Source of the DNA: Eledone cirrhosa
Taxonomy: Eukaryota
Assembly: GCA_964016885.1 (NCBI GenBank)
Contig: OZ024745.1
Coordinates: 80,786,001-80,850,000 of the forward strand
Direction of reading: 5' to 3'
Length of the DNA stretch: 64,000 bases
Shown: in pieces, positions 12,304-24,242 of the stretch
Layout: each line of letters opens with the position of its first letter
Position numbering within the stretch: the first letter of the stretch is position 1
Position numbers and translations under genes: made by a program
Notes under the pieces: generated by a model
Database searches by the model: none
Told to the model about the DNA's origin: nothing
What the model saw: the letters and a program-made list of their open reading frames with translations, nothing else

Positions 12304-14365
12304 CCCTTTAGCATTTAAACCGGCTGTATCCGGCCAGAATTCTCTCACCTCTCTGTTCAAACCGGTTGCCCATATTGATGTTGAGGTATTGTTCTTGAAA
12401 AAAATAATATCAAAATCTCATAGATTCAATATTATGTGAGATAATTATATGAGATTAAGCCTTTACCACAAAAATACAATAGTATCATCATTATCATCAT
12501 CATCATCATCACCGTTTTACGTCTGTTCTTCCACGCTAGCATGGGTTAGACGGGTTGTCCTGTTGTGTGCAGTGTCTGGTCGGCTGACCATGCCTTGCTC
12601 ATACAGGAACTGATTTGGCTTGATTTCTACAGCTGGATGCCCTTCCTAACACCAACCTCATTTACAGTGAGTGCTGGGTGCTTTTTCGTGGCGCCTAAAC
12701 GTCCACTTTACAGTGTGGGCTGGGTGCTTTTTTGCCGTGGCACCTCCACGACCACCTTGCGGTGGGGGCATATTGTCTATATGCTTCAGCTTGTACCCAT
12801 GGAGGTCGGGTACTCTGTATTACTGCGTGACGCCAGAGGTCACGGTCGTGTGTCATTGCCTTTGAGAGGTGTAATTGGGTAAGGTCAGCTTTTATCACCT
12901 CATTCCAGGTCATCTTGGGTCTCCCCACTCTGCGGTTTCCATCGACTTCTAGTGCTCTGCACCTTTTTATGCAGCTGTCATCCTTCATACGCATCAAATG
13001 CCCATACCAGCGCAACCGCCTCTCCTGCACACAGCATTTGATTCCTCTTATACTCAGTCTCTCTCTCTCAATTCATTTATGCTTTGTCGTTCACGTATAT
13101 TACTGTTACACATCCATCGGAGCATGCAGGCTTCGTTTCTCTCTAATCTACGTAGGTCTTCCACCTTCAGCGTCCAGGTCTCACTACCATGCAACATCGC
13201 TGTTCGGATACACACATCATACAGTCTGCCTTTCATTCTGAGGGAGAAGCCTTTTGCAGATAGCAGTGGTAGTAGTTCCCTAAACTTCTTCCATCCCATT
13301 CTTACCCTAGTTATTGTACTTTCTGAACACCCACCTCCGCTGCTAATTCGGTCACCTAGGTAGCAAAAGCTGTCTACTGTTTCTACAGAGCCCTCCCAGA
13401 GATTGGTGGTACTTGTTTCCTGTGGCTGTTTGCTGCTTGCTGTCCCAGCACAGCTGCTGCATGTGAAGCCTACATTCTTAATTAAGCTTCCTGAGATCCC
13501 GCTACATCTCTTGTGTACCCATTGTTTGCATTTGGGGCAGAGAATGGAGTTCCTACCTACACCTTTCCTACATACTGAGCAAGGCCATTTCCCTGAGGGG
13601 ATCTGGGTTCTGTTTTCTCGTCTACTTACAAGGACCTTAGTCTTTGTCATGTTGACTTTGAGACCCTTTCTTTCTAGTCCCTGCTTCCAAGTTTGGAATT
13701 TCTTCTCTAGTTCTACCATAGATTCAGCTATAAGTGCAAGGTCATCAGCATACAGGAGTTCCCATGGGCATCCGGTCTTAAACTCCTCCGTTATTGCCTG
13801 CAGGACTATGATGAACAGGAGGTGGCTAAGAACAGAGCCCTGGTGGACCCCAACCTGTACGCTAAATTCCTCGCTATACTCATTGCTAATCCTAACTTTG
13901 CTGACTGCTCCCCTATACATGGCTTGTACCACTTTCACAAGCCATTCATCTACTCCTAGTTTTCTAAGAGCCCACCAGATTACAGCACGTGGAACTCTGT
14001 CAAAGGCTTTCTTGAGATCGACGAATGCCAGGTAGAGTGGCTTACTTTTAGCTAGGTACTTTTCCTGTAACTGCTTCACAAGGAAGAGGGCATCAGTGGT
14101 GCCTCTTCCTGGTACAAACCCAAATTGCATCTCGTCTAGTTTCGCCCGATCCCTAATCAACTGTGCTATAACTCTTTCTGTTACTTTCATGACCTGATCC
14201 ATCAGCTTTATACCTCTATAGTTTCCTCTATCTAGTGCATCACCTTTACCTTTGTAGCAGTTGACAATGATGCTACTGCACCAATCTTTTGGTATGACAC
14301 CTTCTAGTAGTACCTGGTTAACAATATATATAGAGTATATATAGAGTAATGTAAATGGTAAAGGG
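12304..14365. mobile_element. piggyBac-type MITE split by an RTE insertion
   Basis: ttaaccctttagcatttaaac at 12300; matching end gtaaatggtaaagggttaa at ~14350-14369. Confidence 0.7.
12485..14325 (-). mobile_element. 5'-truncated RTE LINE (RT + PHD-like finger)
   Basis: ORF 13054..14202 with [25 protein letters not shown]; (GAT)n tail. Confidence 0.95.
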
Positions 14366-14415
14366 TTAAGGTAAAATAAATGGTAAAATAATTTCAGACA
14401 ATAAAATCCACTTAC

Positions 14416-14529
14416 GCATATTCACTTTCTTGACAAGTAATTTACCATGTTGATGGAGGCAGGTGTAAACAATACAGTGATTTGTCCAGTGACTGCCTAT
14501 TGCTCTGCATATAGCACCACTGTCACATG
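14416..14529 (-). CDS. Host gene B exon, Cys module 2 (ACDSGAICRAIGSHWTNHCIVYTCLHQHGKLLVKKVNM)
   Basis: Acceptor ttgcctttgacag, donor gtaagt, 114 nt, phase 1-1. Confidence 0.8.
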
Positions 14530-14754
14530 CTGTCAAAGGCAAGGTTAATTTGATCATTAGGAAAAGGTTATTGTTGATCAGTCAATTATTAAGAAATATG
14601 TGTGTGTACACGTACACACACACATATATAATGTACAATTTGGAAGATTTGATATTTGAAACAATCTGAATGCAGTATCGTTATAAATAACCATGGCTTT
14701 AGAAAATCAGGTCAAATAGTCTTAAGGAGTGGCCAACTACCACTACAGAGAATC

Positions 14755-15515
14755 AATGTCTTGCTCATACAGAACTGATTTTGGCTAGGTTTCTATAGCT
14801 GGATGCCCTTTCTAAAGCCACCCTCATTTACAGCTCCCTGAACTTCTTCCATCCTGTTCTCATTCTAGCTACTGTACTTTCAGAACACCCACCTCCACTG
14901 CTAATTTAGTTCCCCAGGTAGCAGAAGCTGTGTACTGCTTCTACTGAAACTTCCCAGAATTTGATAGCACTTGTTTCCTGTGGTCATTTGCTGCTTACAA
15001 CCCTAGTTCAGCAGCTACATGTAAAACCTACATTCTTAGCTAAATTTCCTGAGATCCCACTACATCTCTTGTGTTCCCATAGTTTGCATTTGGGACAGAG
15101 GACAGAATTTCTACCTACACCTTTCCTACACACTGAGCAAGGCCATTTCCCTGAGGGGAGCAGGGTTTTGTTTTCTCTCCTACTTATTAGGACCTTGGTC
15201 TTTGTCAGGTTGACTTTAAAACCCCTTGTTTCTAGGCCTTGCTTCCTTGTTTGGAATTTCTTCTTTAGTTCCACCATAGATTCTGCTATGAGTGTAAGAT
15301 CATCTGCATACAGAAGTTCCCATGGGCAGCCAGTCTTAAACTCCTCTGTTATAGCCTGCAGTACAATAATAAACAGGAGAGGGCTAAGAACAGAGCCCTG
15401 ATTGACTCTTACCTGCATGCTAAATTCTTCACTATAGTCATTGTTAATTCTAACCTTGTTGACTGTTCTTCTATACATGGCTTGTACAGCCTTCACAATC
15501 TGCTCATCTACTAGT
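14755..15515 (-). mobile_element. Internally deleted RTE fragment
   Basis: ORF 15008..15553 with YADD and WPCSVC; 3' UTR piece joined at ~14833. Confidence 0.9.
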
Positions 15516-16299
15516 TTTAGATATATATAAATTTTAAAATAATAAGAAAGCACAAACAGGAGACAATCCCTTCATCAGTTGTCTGCTGGAGTTCACGGAC
15601 ATTACAACGCATTAAAGACAATATGTCTAACTCCAGTGCATCAATAACTTGGAAGTTATTGGGATAGGAAAAAAGGAGAGGTGATCTCCAACAGACAACT
15701 GATGAAGGGATTGTCCCCCGTTTGTGCTTTCTTCTTATTTTTAAATACACTTTATCAAGTAACCACACAGCTCCTTGTTTCGTCCAAATATATATATATA
15801 TATACAAATGAATATATGAGGGATGAACATCGATACAATTATAGAAGTGTTCGGATTGCAAATGACCAAGTTAGCTAGGTTGAAAAGATACTAATTTAAC
15901 ATAATATGGTTTGCCTGTCTCGATTTAAAATAATAAATCAATAAAAATAACAAACCTATATTGGCAATGGCCGTGATACCTGGACAAACTTTAAATCTGT
16001 TTGACAAATTTTAAAATTTGTTTCACAACAAGTGAAAGTTACTATTCCTGTGCTCTTCTGCAAGTATCCAGAAATTGGTACCTTCCACTTCAAAATACTT
16101 AAGAAGACTGAGAAACATGTGTTGTTGAACGCACGTGTGTCCCAGTGCCTAACTCATCTAATATCCGTGCCGCTAAAAATAGCAGTCGGTTTTATGGGAC
16201 TAAAAAATTAGCTCAACGCATGGAGCCATGAATATCAAATATTGAGTTATAAACTCAAAATAGTCTTTTACAATTAAATAGCTCAAAGAAGGGAACTGA

Positions 16300-16534
16300 G
16301 TGGACTGAGTGCTTATATAATATGTAAATTCTAGTTCCACAAATACACTGCAGCTACAGTAAAACAAGTTAACATTATTTTTTTCAGTGTATCCCAGTAT
16401 TTAGAATAAGTTTACCTTATCTCTTTATGTTTTATGAAGTATCTAAAACGGTTGCCATCAGGAAGTGCATCCTGTCATAAAACACTGCTTCAAAAGTAAC
16501 AATTTGTCTCACTTTGAAAGTGTCTGTTTAGAAC

Positions 16535-16598
<64 letters not shown>

Positions 16599-16613
16599 AT
16601 ATATATATATATA

Positions 16614-16666
<53 letters not shown>

Positions 16667-16901
16667 GTTCTAAACAGACACTTTCAAAGTGAGACAAATT
16701 GTTACTTTTGAAGCAGTGTTTTATGACAGGATGCACTTCCTGATGGCAACCGTTTTAGATACTTCATAAAACATAAAGAGATAAGGTAAACTTATTCTAA
16801 ATACTGGGATACACTGAAAAAAATAATGTTAACTTGTTTTACTGTAGCTGCAGTGTATTTGTGGAACTAGAATTTACATATTATATAAGTACTCAGTCCA
16901 C
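16300..16901. repeat. ~600-bp palindrome: ~240-bp inverted arms around a (TA)n core
   Basis: 16300-16540 is the reverse complement of 16662-16901 (one mismatch seen); mirrored ORFs in track. Confidence 0.95.
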
Positions 16902-17305
16902 CCTGTAAAGTGGTCATGATGGTGACAAGGTAAAAAGCACCCAATCCAACCTGTAAGGTTATCATGCAATGAGAAAGCACCCAGTTCACCCTGTAAGGTG
17001 GTCATGTTGGTGAGATGAGGAAATGTACCCAATCCACCCTGTAAGATGGTCATGCTGGTGACATGATGAAAAAGCACCCAGTTCACCTTATTAGATAGTC
17101 ATTTTGGTGCCACGAAAAAAAGCACCCAGTCCACTGTAATGTGGTTGTCATTAGGAAGGGCATCAAGCTGTAGGAACCAAACTAAAATACAGGTCTGTAT
17201 GAGCAAAATTGGTCACCTGACCTGACTTGGCTCATAATAGGACAACCTGTTTAAACCATGCAAGCATGTAAAATGGATGTTAAACAATGATGAGGATGAT
17301 GATGA
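16895..17305 (+). mobile_element. RTE-type 3' UTR with tandemly amplified ~44-bp motif
   Basis: Repeated aagcacccagt(t/c)caccctgtaaggtggtcatg, then ttaggaagggcatc...gatgatgat. Confidence 0.7.
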
Positions 17306-17407
17306 TACACCATGAAATTATATTAGTATAAATAATTATATTTTCCTACAGTTATCTACATACTATATACACCTTAAAAATATATTAATATAGCTAATTA
17401 GACTTAC

Positions 17408-17515
17408 CTACTGTTATTAACTTAACTTTACCATGCTGACAGCCAAATTTGATGCACTTTTCTCCCCATTCTTCGCCATGTTTATGAGTGTTTCCCTTAT
17501 GTGTACATGATGAAG
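17408..17515 (-). CDS. Host gene B exon, Cys module 1 (ASSCTHKGNTHKHGEEWGEKCIKFGCQHGKVKLITV)
   Basis: Acceptor tctcttgtattttag, donor gtaagt, 108 nt, phase 1-1; C..G....GE.W...C...C..G VWC-like pattern. Confidence 0.85.
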
Positions 17516-17700
17516 CTAAAATACAAGAGAAATAGCACAAATAGAATATCTTCTAAAGGATATATAGCTATAAAAAGAACAGAAAGAATGATTTGTTTTA
17601 CATAGGCACTGTCATACATTTTGTGGAAGGCTGTACTTGACTGCAGGTACTAATTTATCAGCACCAAAAGGATTAAAAGTTAACATGGACTCCAGTAGTA

Positions 17701-17702
<2 letters not shown>

Positions 17703-17762
<60 letters not shown>
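17703..17762. repeat. (AG)n microsatellite
   Basis: Direct reading. Confidence 0.95.
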
Positions 17763-17766
<4 letters not shown>

Positions 17767-18447
17767 GGGGAGAGAGAGTATAGAGAGACAACATTATACA
17801 GACATCTAGTCTCACACTTACAAACAACTCCTTCACCAACACCACCAACAATAACAATAACATATATCAGCAATAGACAAAATTAGATGGTACTAGACCA
17901 CCCGTCACCCGTTGGGTCACGTTCACTAAAAAATCTTTTAAAAAAATCATGTTCACTTAAAAATGATTTTTAAATGATTAAAATATACAGACATGCCTCT
18001 CTTTCAATCTACTGTCTTACAACCACCATCTCTTTCTCTCTCACTATTTATGAAGATACCTGGAAAAACCCTGTACCTCGGGAGCCTGTACTCTGAATTA
18101 TGCGAAACTTGTTTTATTCCATTTGTATTCCCATTCCAGGGGCAATTTCCTTTCAAAATATTTTCCCATTATGCGCCGTTTTGGCTGTATTACATTACAG
18201 ACAAGACACAATCACAGTTTTAGTAGTATATAGATAGTTGTGTGTTTAAGAAGTTTGTTTCACAATCACATTGCTCTAGGCTCAATCACCCTGTTGGGTA
18301 TTTAGGGCAAATTACTTCTCCATAGCTTCAAGTTGACTAATGGCTGATGAGTGAAATTGTGTAGACAGAAACTGTGTTGAAGCCTGTTGCAGTAAGAGTA
18401 CCTGTTGTAACGAGAGCAGCAATGACATAACACAGAAAGTAACATAC

Positions 18448-18514
18448 CATCAGCAGCCATGACATAGAGCAGACTGGAAAGGCAGCAAATTAAGAAGAGT
18501 CTCTGGTTATTCAT
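18448..18514 (-). CDS. Host gene B first coding exon: signal peptide MNNQRLFLICCLSSLLYVMAAD
   Basis: Acceptor tttctgttctttctag 4 nt before ATG, hydrophobic core, phase-1 donor gtatgt compatible with next exon. Confidence 0.8.
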
Positions 18515-18546
18515 TTTTCTAGAAAGAACAGAAATTGGTTAAAGAG

Positions 18547-18616
<70 letters not shown>

Positions 18617-18636
18617 ACCATCATCATCATCATCAT
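18547..18636. repeat. Compound (CAT)n(CGT)n(CAC)n trinucleotide repeat
   Basis: Direct reading. Confidence 0.9.
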
Positions 18637-19314
18637 TATTTAATTATTGTATTATCAGTATTATCAGTATCACACTATCATGCTCTCAGTACATCCTCCA
18701 CTACCAACGCCACTGTTAAAACAACCCCACTGCCATAACTGCCACCAACACAGTAACTGTTACCCCCACCATGGGACGAGATAGTGAAGACTTACCTTAG
18801 GAAACTAAACACCATAACTGAGATGACAAAGAACTGTGAGGGCTTGTGCTATGCTGTGCTGATGAAGACCTGTCCAGAAGCATACAATGTGACTTGACCC
18901 ATCCCTATGTTTCCCGCCCTTTCACAGGAGCTATCCTCACCATCACTGCACAGCTCATCCATCCCCTCTTTAGTATAACTCTTTAGCTACTCTCTTTCTA
19001 AAACTCTTAGATACCCTCACTATCACAATCTAGTGGCTACACTCTCTATCTCTGTGCATCCCCTTCCTCTATCGCCCCTTAGTTATTCTCTCCATCACTG
19101 CTATTGACCACATCATCTACATCCCCATCACTATATCCTATCTCCCCTTATTCTATTAGTCACTTCTTCCCCTGGCTTATCCCCCTGTCAAATCACCACA
19201 CTTGCCATACCCCCAGAATTTCATACTTATGTCTCTTCTCCTCTCACTCCTACTAAATCCCACAGAGTAGAGAGAGCTCTTCAATTGGGATTATGAGCAA
19301 CAACATCTCTAGTA

Positions 19315-19832
19315 ATAGGACCACAAAAATGCACCCAATACATTCTGTAAAATGGTTGGCAATAGGAAGGGCACCCCAACTGTAGAAACTGTGCCTAAAA
19401 GAGTTGAGGGCACTCCACAGTTGTGTCAATGGCATAACATCCTCCCTAGTTGGAATGATCTACATGTTAAATACATCCAGTACATGCTGTACAGTGGTTG
19501 GTGACAGGAAGAACATCCAACGATAGAAAGCTTGCCAAACAAAGGGTTGGGAGGACCCCTCAGTTGTGTCAAGGACATGACAGCCTCCCTAGGATTGGTG
19601 ATCTACATGATTAAAGCACCTAGTACATGCTGTAAAGTGGTTGATGATAGGAAGGGCATCCAGTGATATAAAGCTTGCCAAACAAAGGGTTGAGAGAACT
19701 CTTCAGTTGTGTCAATGACATAACAACCTTTCTTGTGCACTCGATAGCCATGCTTCAGTACTAACTTGGTCTATGTAGACCCATACAACCCTTGCTAGCA
19801 GGAAGAGCAGATGTTAAAACGATAATGATGAT
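19315..19832 (+). mobile_element. RTE/SINE 3' tail with ~122-bp unit repeated three times
   Basis: Three copies of tgtaaagtggttg..ggaagggcatcca..cagttgtgtcaa; ends gatgttaaaacgataatgatg. Confidence 0.65.
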
Positions 19833-20304
19833 ATATATATATGTGTATGTGGATATATATATATATATATATATATGTGTATGTGAAGGTTCACAGGCAA
19901 CCTAATGCAAGACCTGAGGCCAGGGAGATCCATAGTTGTTGTCAATGTGCGAAGGAGTGCAAGTCTCTAGCAGTCTTGAAAAGCCATATCCGAGCCTCAC
20001 ACATCTGAATCTGATAACCAAATGCAATACTCTTAGCAGATTTTGTAGCCATCATGTATGTATGTATAAAAACAAAATATATTTTCGCTCTAACATGGTG
20101 GATACCTAAATGTATTCATAAGTGAATAATAATAATAATATAATAATATTATTAATATTTGGTTCGTTTGCAAGCAAACAGCCTCATAATACCATGTGTG
20201 TTTTCTAAAAGACTGATGTCATCCTTTTGCTCCAGCAATAGCAGAGAAATAGTCAACAACTGTTTTGGAGTTATTGCCCCTTATCAAGACTATATATTCT
20301 CTCA

Positions 20305-20900
20305 TTCCATAGGAACTTCTCTATGCAGGTGAACTTGGTCCTTATAGCTGAATCCATAAAAGAACTAGAAAATAAGTCCCGACTATAGAAACAGAATTTG
20401 GAGTCAAAAGGTCTGAGAGTAAACTTAGCCAAAACTAAAATGCTAGTGAGTAGGAATGATTATAGGACCCAGATTCCTTCAGGGAAGTGGCCCTGCTCAA
20501 GATGTAGGAAAGGAGTAGACATAAACTCCATACAATGTACACAATGTAAATCTTGGGTACATAAAAGATGTAGTGGGATAACCGGTAGACTAACAGGAAA
20601 GGAAGACTTTGTATGTAGAAGATGCACAGGGGTAACAGTGATATAAACCTTTTCCAGTCACAGGAAGGGCCCATAGAAGTGGTTGATAGCTTCTGCTTTC
20701 TAGGCAACTTAATTAGCAATGGAGGAGGGTGTGCTGAGAGCATAATAAAGATAGGATGGAAAAAGTTTAGAGAGCTACTCCCAATGTTGACCACAAAAGG
20801 TTTCTCCCTACATACAAAAGTGCAACTGTATGACACTTGAGTGTGAAGTGCTATGTTGTGTGGTAGTGAAACATAGGCTGTGTCTGCAGAGGACATGCTA
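20305..20900 (+). mobile_element. Degenerate RTE fragment
   Basis: ORFs 20398..20646 (WPCSRC..WVHKRC) and 20622..20840. Confidence 0.85.
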
Positions 20901-22544
20901 GCATGAGTTAGACGAGTTGTCCCATTGTGAGACAAGTCAGATCTGGTGATCATACCTTGCTCATACAGAACTGTTTCTGGTTTGGTTTCTACTGCTGGTT
21001 GCCCTTCCTAATGGCAACCACAGTGTGGACTGGGTGCTTTTTATGATAGCACCAAAATGACCAACTGACAGGTTGAACTGGGTACTTTTTCACTATGTCA
21101 CCAGCATGACAATCTTACATGGTGGCCCAAGTTCTTTTACATGACACCAGCATGACCACCTTACAGTATGGATTGGGTGCTCTTTGTCATGTCACCAACA
21201 TGACCACTTTATATGGAATCTCTGCAGTGCTAAGACCAGAACGACCAGTAATCAAATTAGTGCTCGATGCGTAAAGGGATGCAGTTTTGGTATATTTAGG
21301 GAGAAAATATTCGACCAATGATCTCCTTCATTTACTGCTCATGACTTCACATACACAAGCATCTTCAGAAACTGCAGGGGCTCATGGTTGAATATTTTCT
21401 TCCTAAATATCATCATCATTTTACGTCTGCTTTTCCCTGCTTGCAATGATAATGAATTATTTGCTTAAACTTTTAATCTGTGCTAATAATGAATATATAT
21501 GTATATATATATTCATTATTAGCACAGATTAAAAGTTTAATCAAATAATTTCTGCTTACAACTTGAGTTTCAGATGATCCCGCTCAGAGTGAAAGCAGAA
21601 ATTATTTGCTTAAATTTTTAATCAGTGCTAATAATAAATACTTGCTCTGCGGGTTTATATATACTTATATACCTTATCAAGCCCTCTCTTGATTTCAGTC
21701 TTTGTATTTAGTATCATTAGTAGTATATATCATCATTATCATCATTATCATCTAACATCCATTTTCCAAGGTGAATAAACAAAATCTAAGAAATAGTGAT
21801 GGTTTGCTTCACAAAGTGTAGTATATCATTTTATTATGAGGAATAGGAGAAATGTGACATTCCATTCAGGACTTCCAATGAAGAGCCCTGTCTAAAATAT
21901 TAGGTCTATAACTTATTTCACTTTGTGGGGTTTTCTTTTTATTTATATGTAAAGAAGAGAGGAATGAGTTTTAATGTATAAAGATATTCTAATATTCTAC
22001 CTAATTAAGGTAGAACAGACTTATTACAGTCAGAATGTAATGTAGTGTGGGATATGAATATCTCATTGAAACCATGTGTGATTCGTTTTTGTGAAAGAAT
22101 GTTTTCTTATTATATGTTGTTGAGTATTCTAAGAACTACAGAGTCAGGTTAAACAATGAAATAAAAAAAGACGAGGTTCCGTGCTTATTCCATTGTTTTA
22201 CTGTGTATAAAAATTAATATAAATAGAATATGAAAAGAAGCAAAGATTGTTTCTTACCGAAGTTCTGATGAAATTAATAGTTTTTACTTGAAAAAAAGTT
22301 AGTCTTTTATATATACTTTCAATCCTCTGAGAAAATACACCTGTCCATAATTTAATCATATATTGTTTTTTTACTAATTTTCTATCAATATTTAAAGATA
22401 ACGTTATCTTAAGATTTTTTTAAAGCAATTTGACCTTAATTTTATAAAAGGAAAAATTGTTGGTTCCCGTGACTTTTCACATTCCCTCAGACTGTCAGAT
22501 TATTTGTCTTATTATCTATCTATCTATTTCTCTCTATATATATA

Positions 22545-23250
22545 TATGCAGTAGATGTACAGGGAAAGTTGGCAGTAGTAATCGCAATGATAGACACATT
22601 TTTCCAATACAGGTGGGTGCTATAGAAGTGGTTGATAGCTTCCTGTACCTAGGTGCTCAGATTAGCATGGGAGGTGGGTATTCCGAGGCCATAGTATCTA
22701 GAATAAGGATGGGTTGGAAGAAGTTTAGGGAGTTGCTTTCTCTATTGTCAAAGAAGGGTTTCTCCCTGCATACGAAAGGACGGTTATATGATGCCTGTGT
22801 GAGATGTGCGATGCTGCATGATAGTGAGACATGGGCAGCAACTGCAGAGGATATGTGATGGCTGAAGAGAAATGAAGCAAGTATACTCCGTTGGATGCGC
22901 AATGTCAGTGTGCGTGAACGACCCAGCATGAATGTGTTGAGAGAGAAACTGGGTATAAGAGGGATAAGTTGTGGTGTGCAGAAGAGAAGACCGAGGTGGT
23001 ATGGACATGTGATGCGCATGGAGGATGACCGCTGGGTAAAGAAGTGCCAGGAAATCCCATAGAAGGAAGACGCAGTAGAGGTAGACCATGAAAAACATTG
23101 GCGGAGGTGGTGAGAGCAGACCTCAGATCGCTGAAACTCACCAAGGAGATGACGAAGGACCGTGATAAGTGGAAAGTTGCTGAATAGGACCCGTCCAACC
23201 CTTGCAAGCAGGGAAAAGCGGACGTAAAATGATGATGATGATGATGATGA
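22545..23250 (+). mobile_element. 5'-truncated RTE (short-3'UTR subfamily)
   Basis: [17 protein letters not shown]; ends gcggacgtaaaat(gat)n. Confidence 0.9.
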
Positions 23251-23638
23251 TATATATATATATCGTCTAACCCATGCTAGAGTGGAAGATGGACACTAAA
23301 TGATGATGATGATAATGATAATATATGTGTGTGTGTGTATCAAATAATGGTAGTTAAGACAGGATTAATTCACCATAATTGTTTATTGCATGATATATAT
23401 TTCTGTTGCATGGCTATTTATGTGACTTTGTCAGATGCTTACACAATCATTGGTGCAGTTATACAATCATTGTGATATGCCGGTGTCCATGCACATCTAT
23501 CCAGTAGTGAAGTGGGTTGGCATATGAATCTTCTGTTTGTTAAGTTCTACCAGTTTATGTATTCGTTTTCTGATTGGTTAAATTAGTTTTTAAGAATCAT
23601 CTAAACAACACCCTTCTGCAACTATATATATCTATATA

Positions 23639-23669
<31 letters not shown>

Positions 23670-23691
23670 CTACCTACCCAACTATCTATCG

Positions 23692-23735
<44 letters not shown>

Positions 23736-23827
23736 GTAAGGTAGATCAGATGATTTAATAATATAAAGCAAAGAATAATTCAAATAATGTAATTAAATGC
23801 TGGTTATTTTTATTCATTATATATATA

Positions 23828-24040
23828 TCATCATCATCATCACCGTTTTACGTCCGTTCTTCCACACTAGCATGGGTTAGACGGATTGTCCTGTTGTGAG
23901 CAGTGTCCAGTCAGCTGACCTTGTCTTGCTCATACAGGAACTGATTTTGGCTTGATTTCTACAGCTGGATGCCCTTCCTAACACCAACCTCATTTACAGT
24001 GAGTGCTGGGTGCTTTTTTGTCATGGCACCTCCACAACTA
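23828..24040 (-). mobile_element. RTE 3' UTR fragment
   Basis: Matches 12490-12700. Confidence 0.8.
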
Positions 24041-24111
24041 CTGCTCAGAAATGATTCTTAGAGCTGAAATAATTGTAAATGACTCCATTGAGTGTAAACT
24101 CTAAGTTATAT

Positions 24112-24142
<31 letters not shown>

Positions 24143-24154
24143 ATATATGTATAT

Positions 24155-24194
<40 letters not shown>

Positions 24195-24195
24195 G

Positions 24196-24226
<31 letters not shown>

Positions 24227-24242
24227 ATATATGTATATATAA

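Noticed and set aside
18535-18738. Poly-His/poly-Arg ORF
   Set aside because: Trinucleotide microsatellite in an intron; no splice or start support.
22255-22305. ctgatga...gaaa hammerhead candidate
   Set aside because: Stems I-III cannot be formed convincingly.
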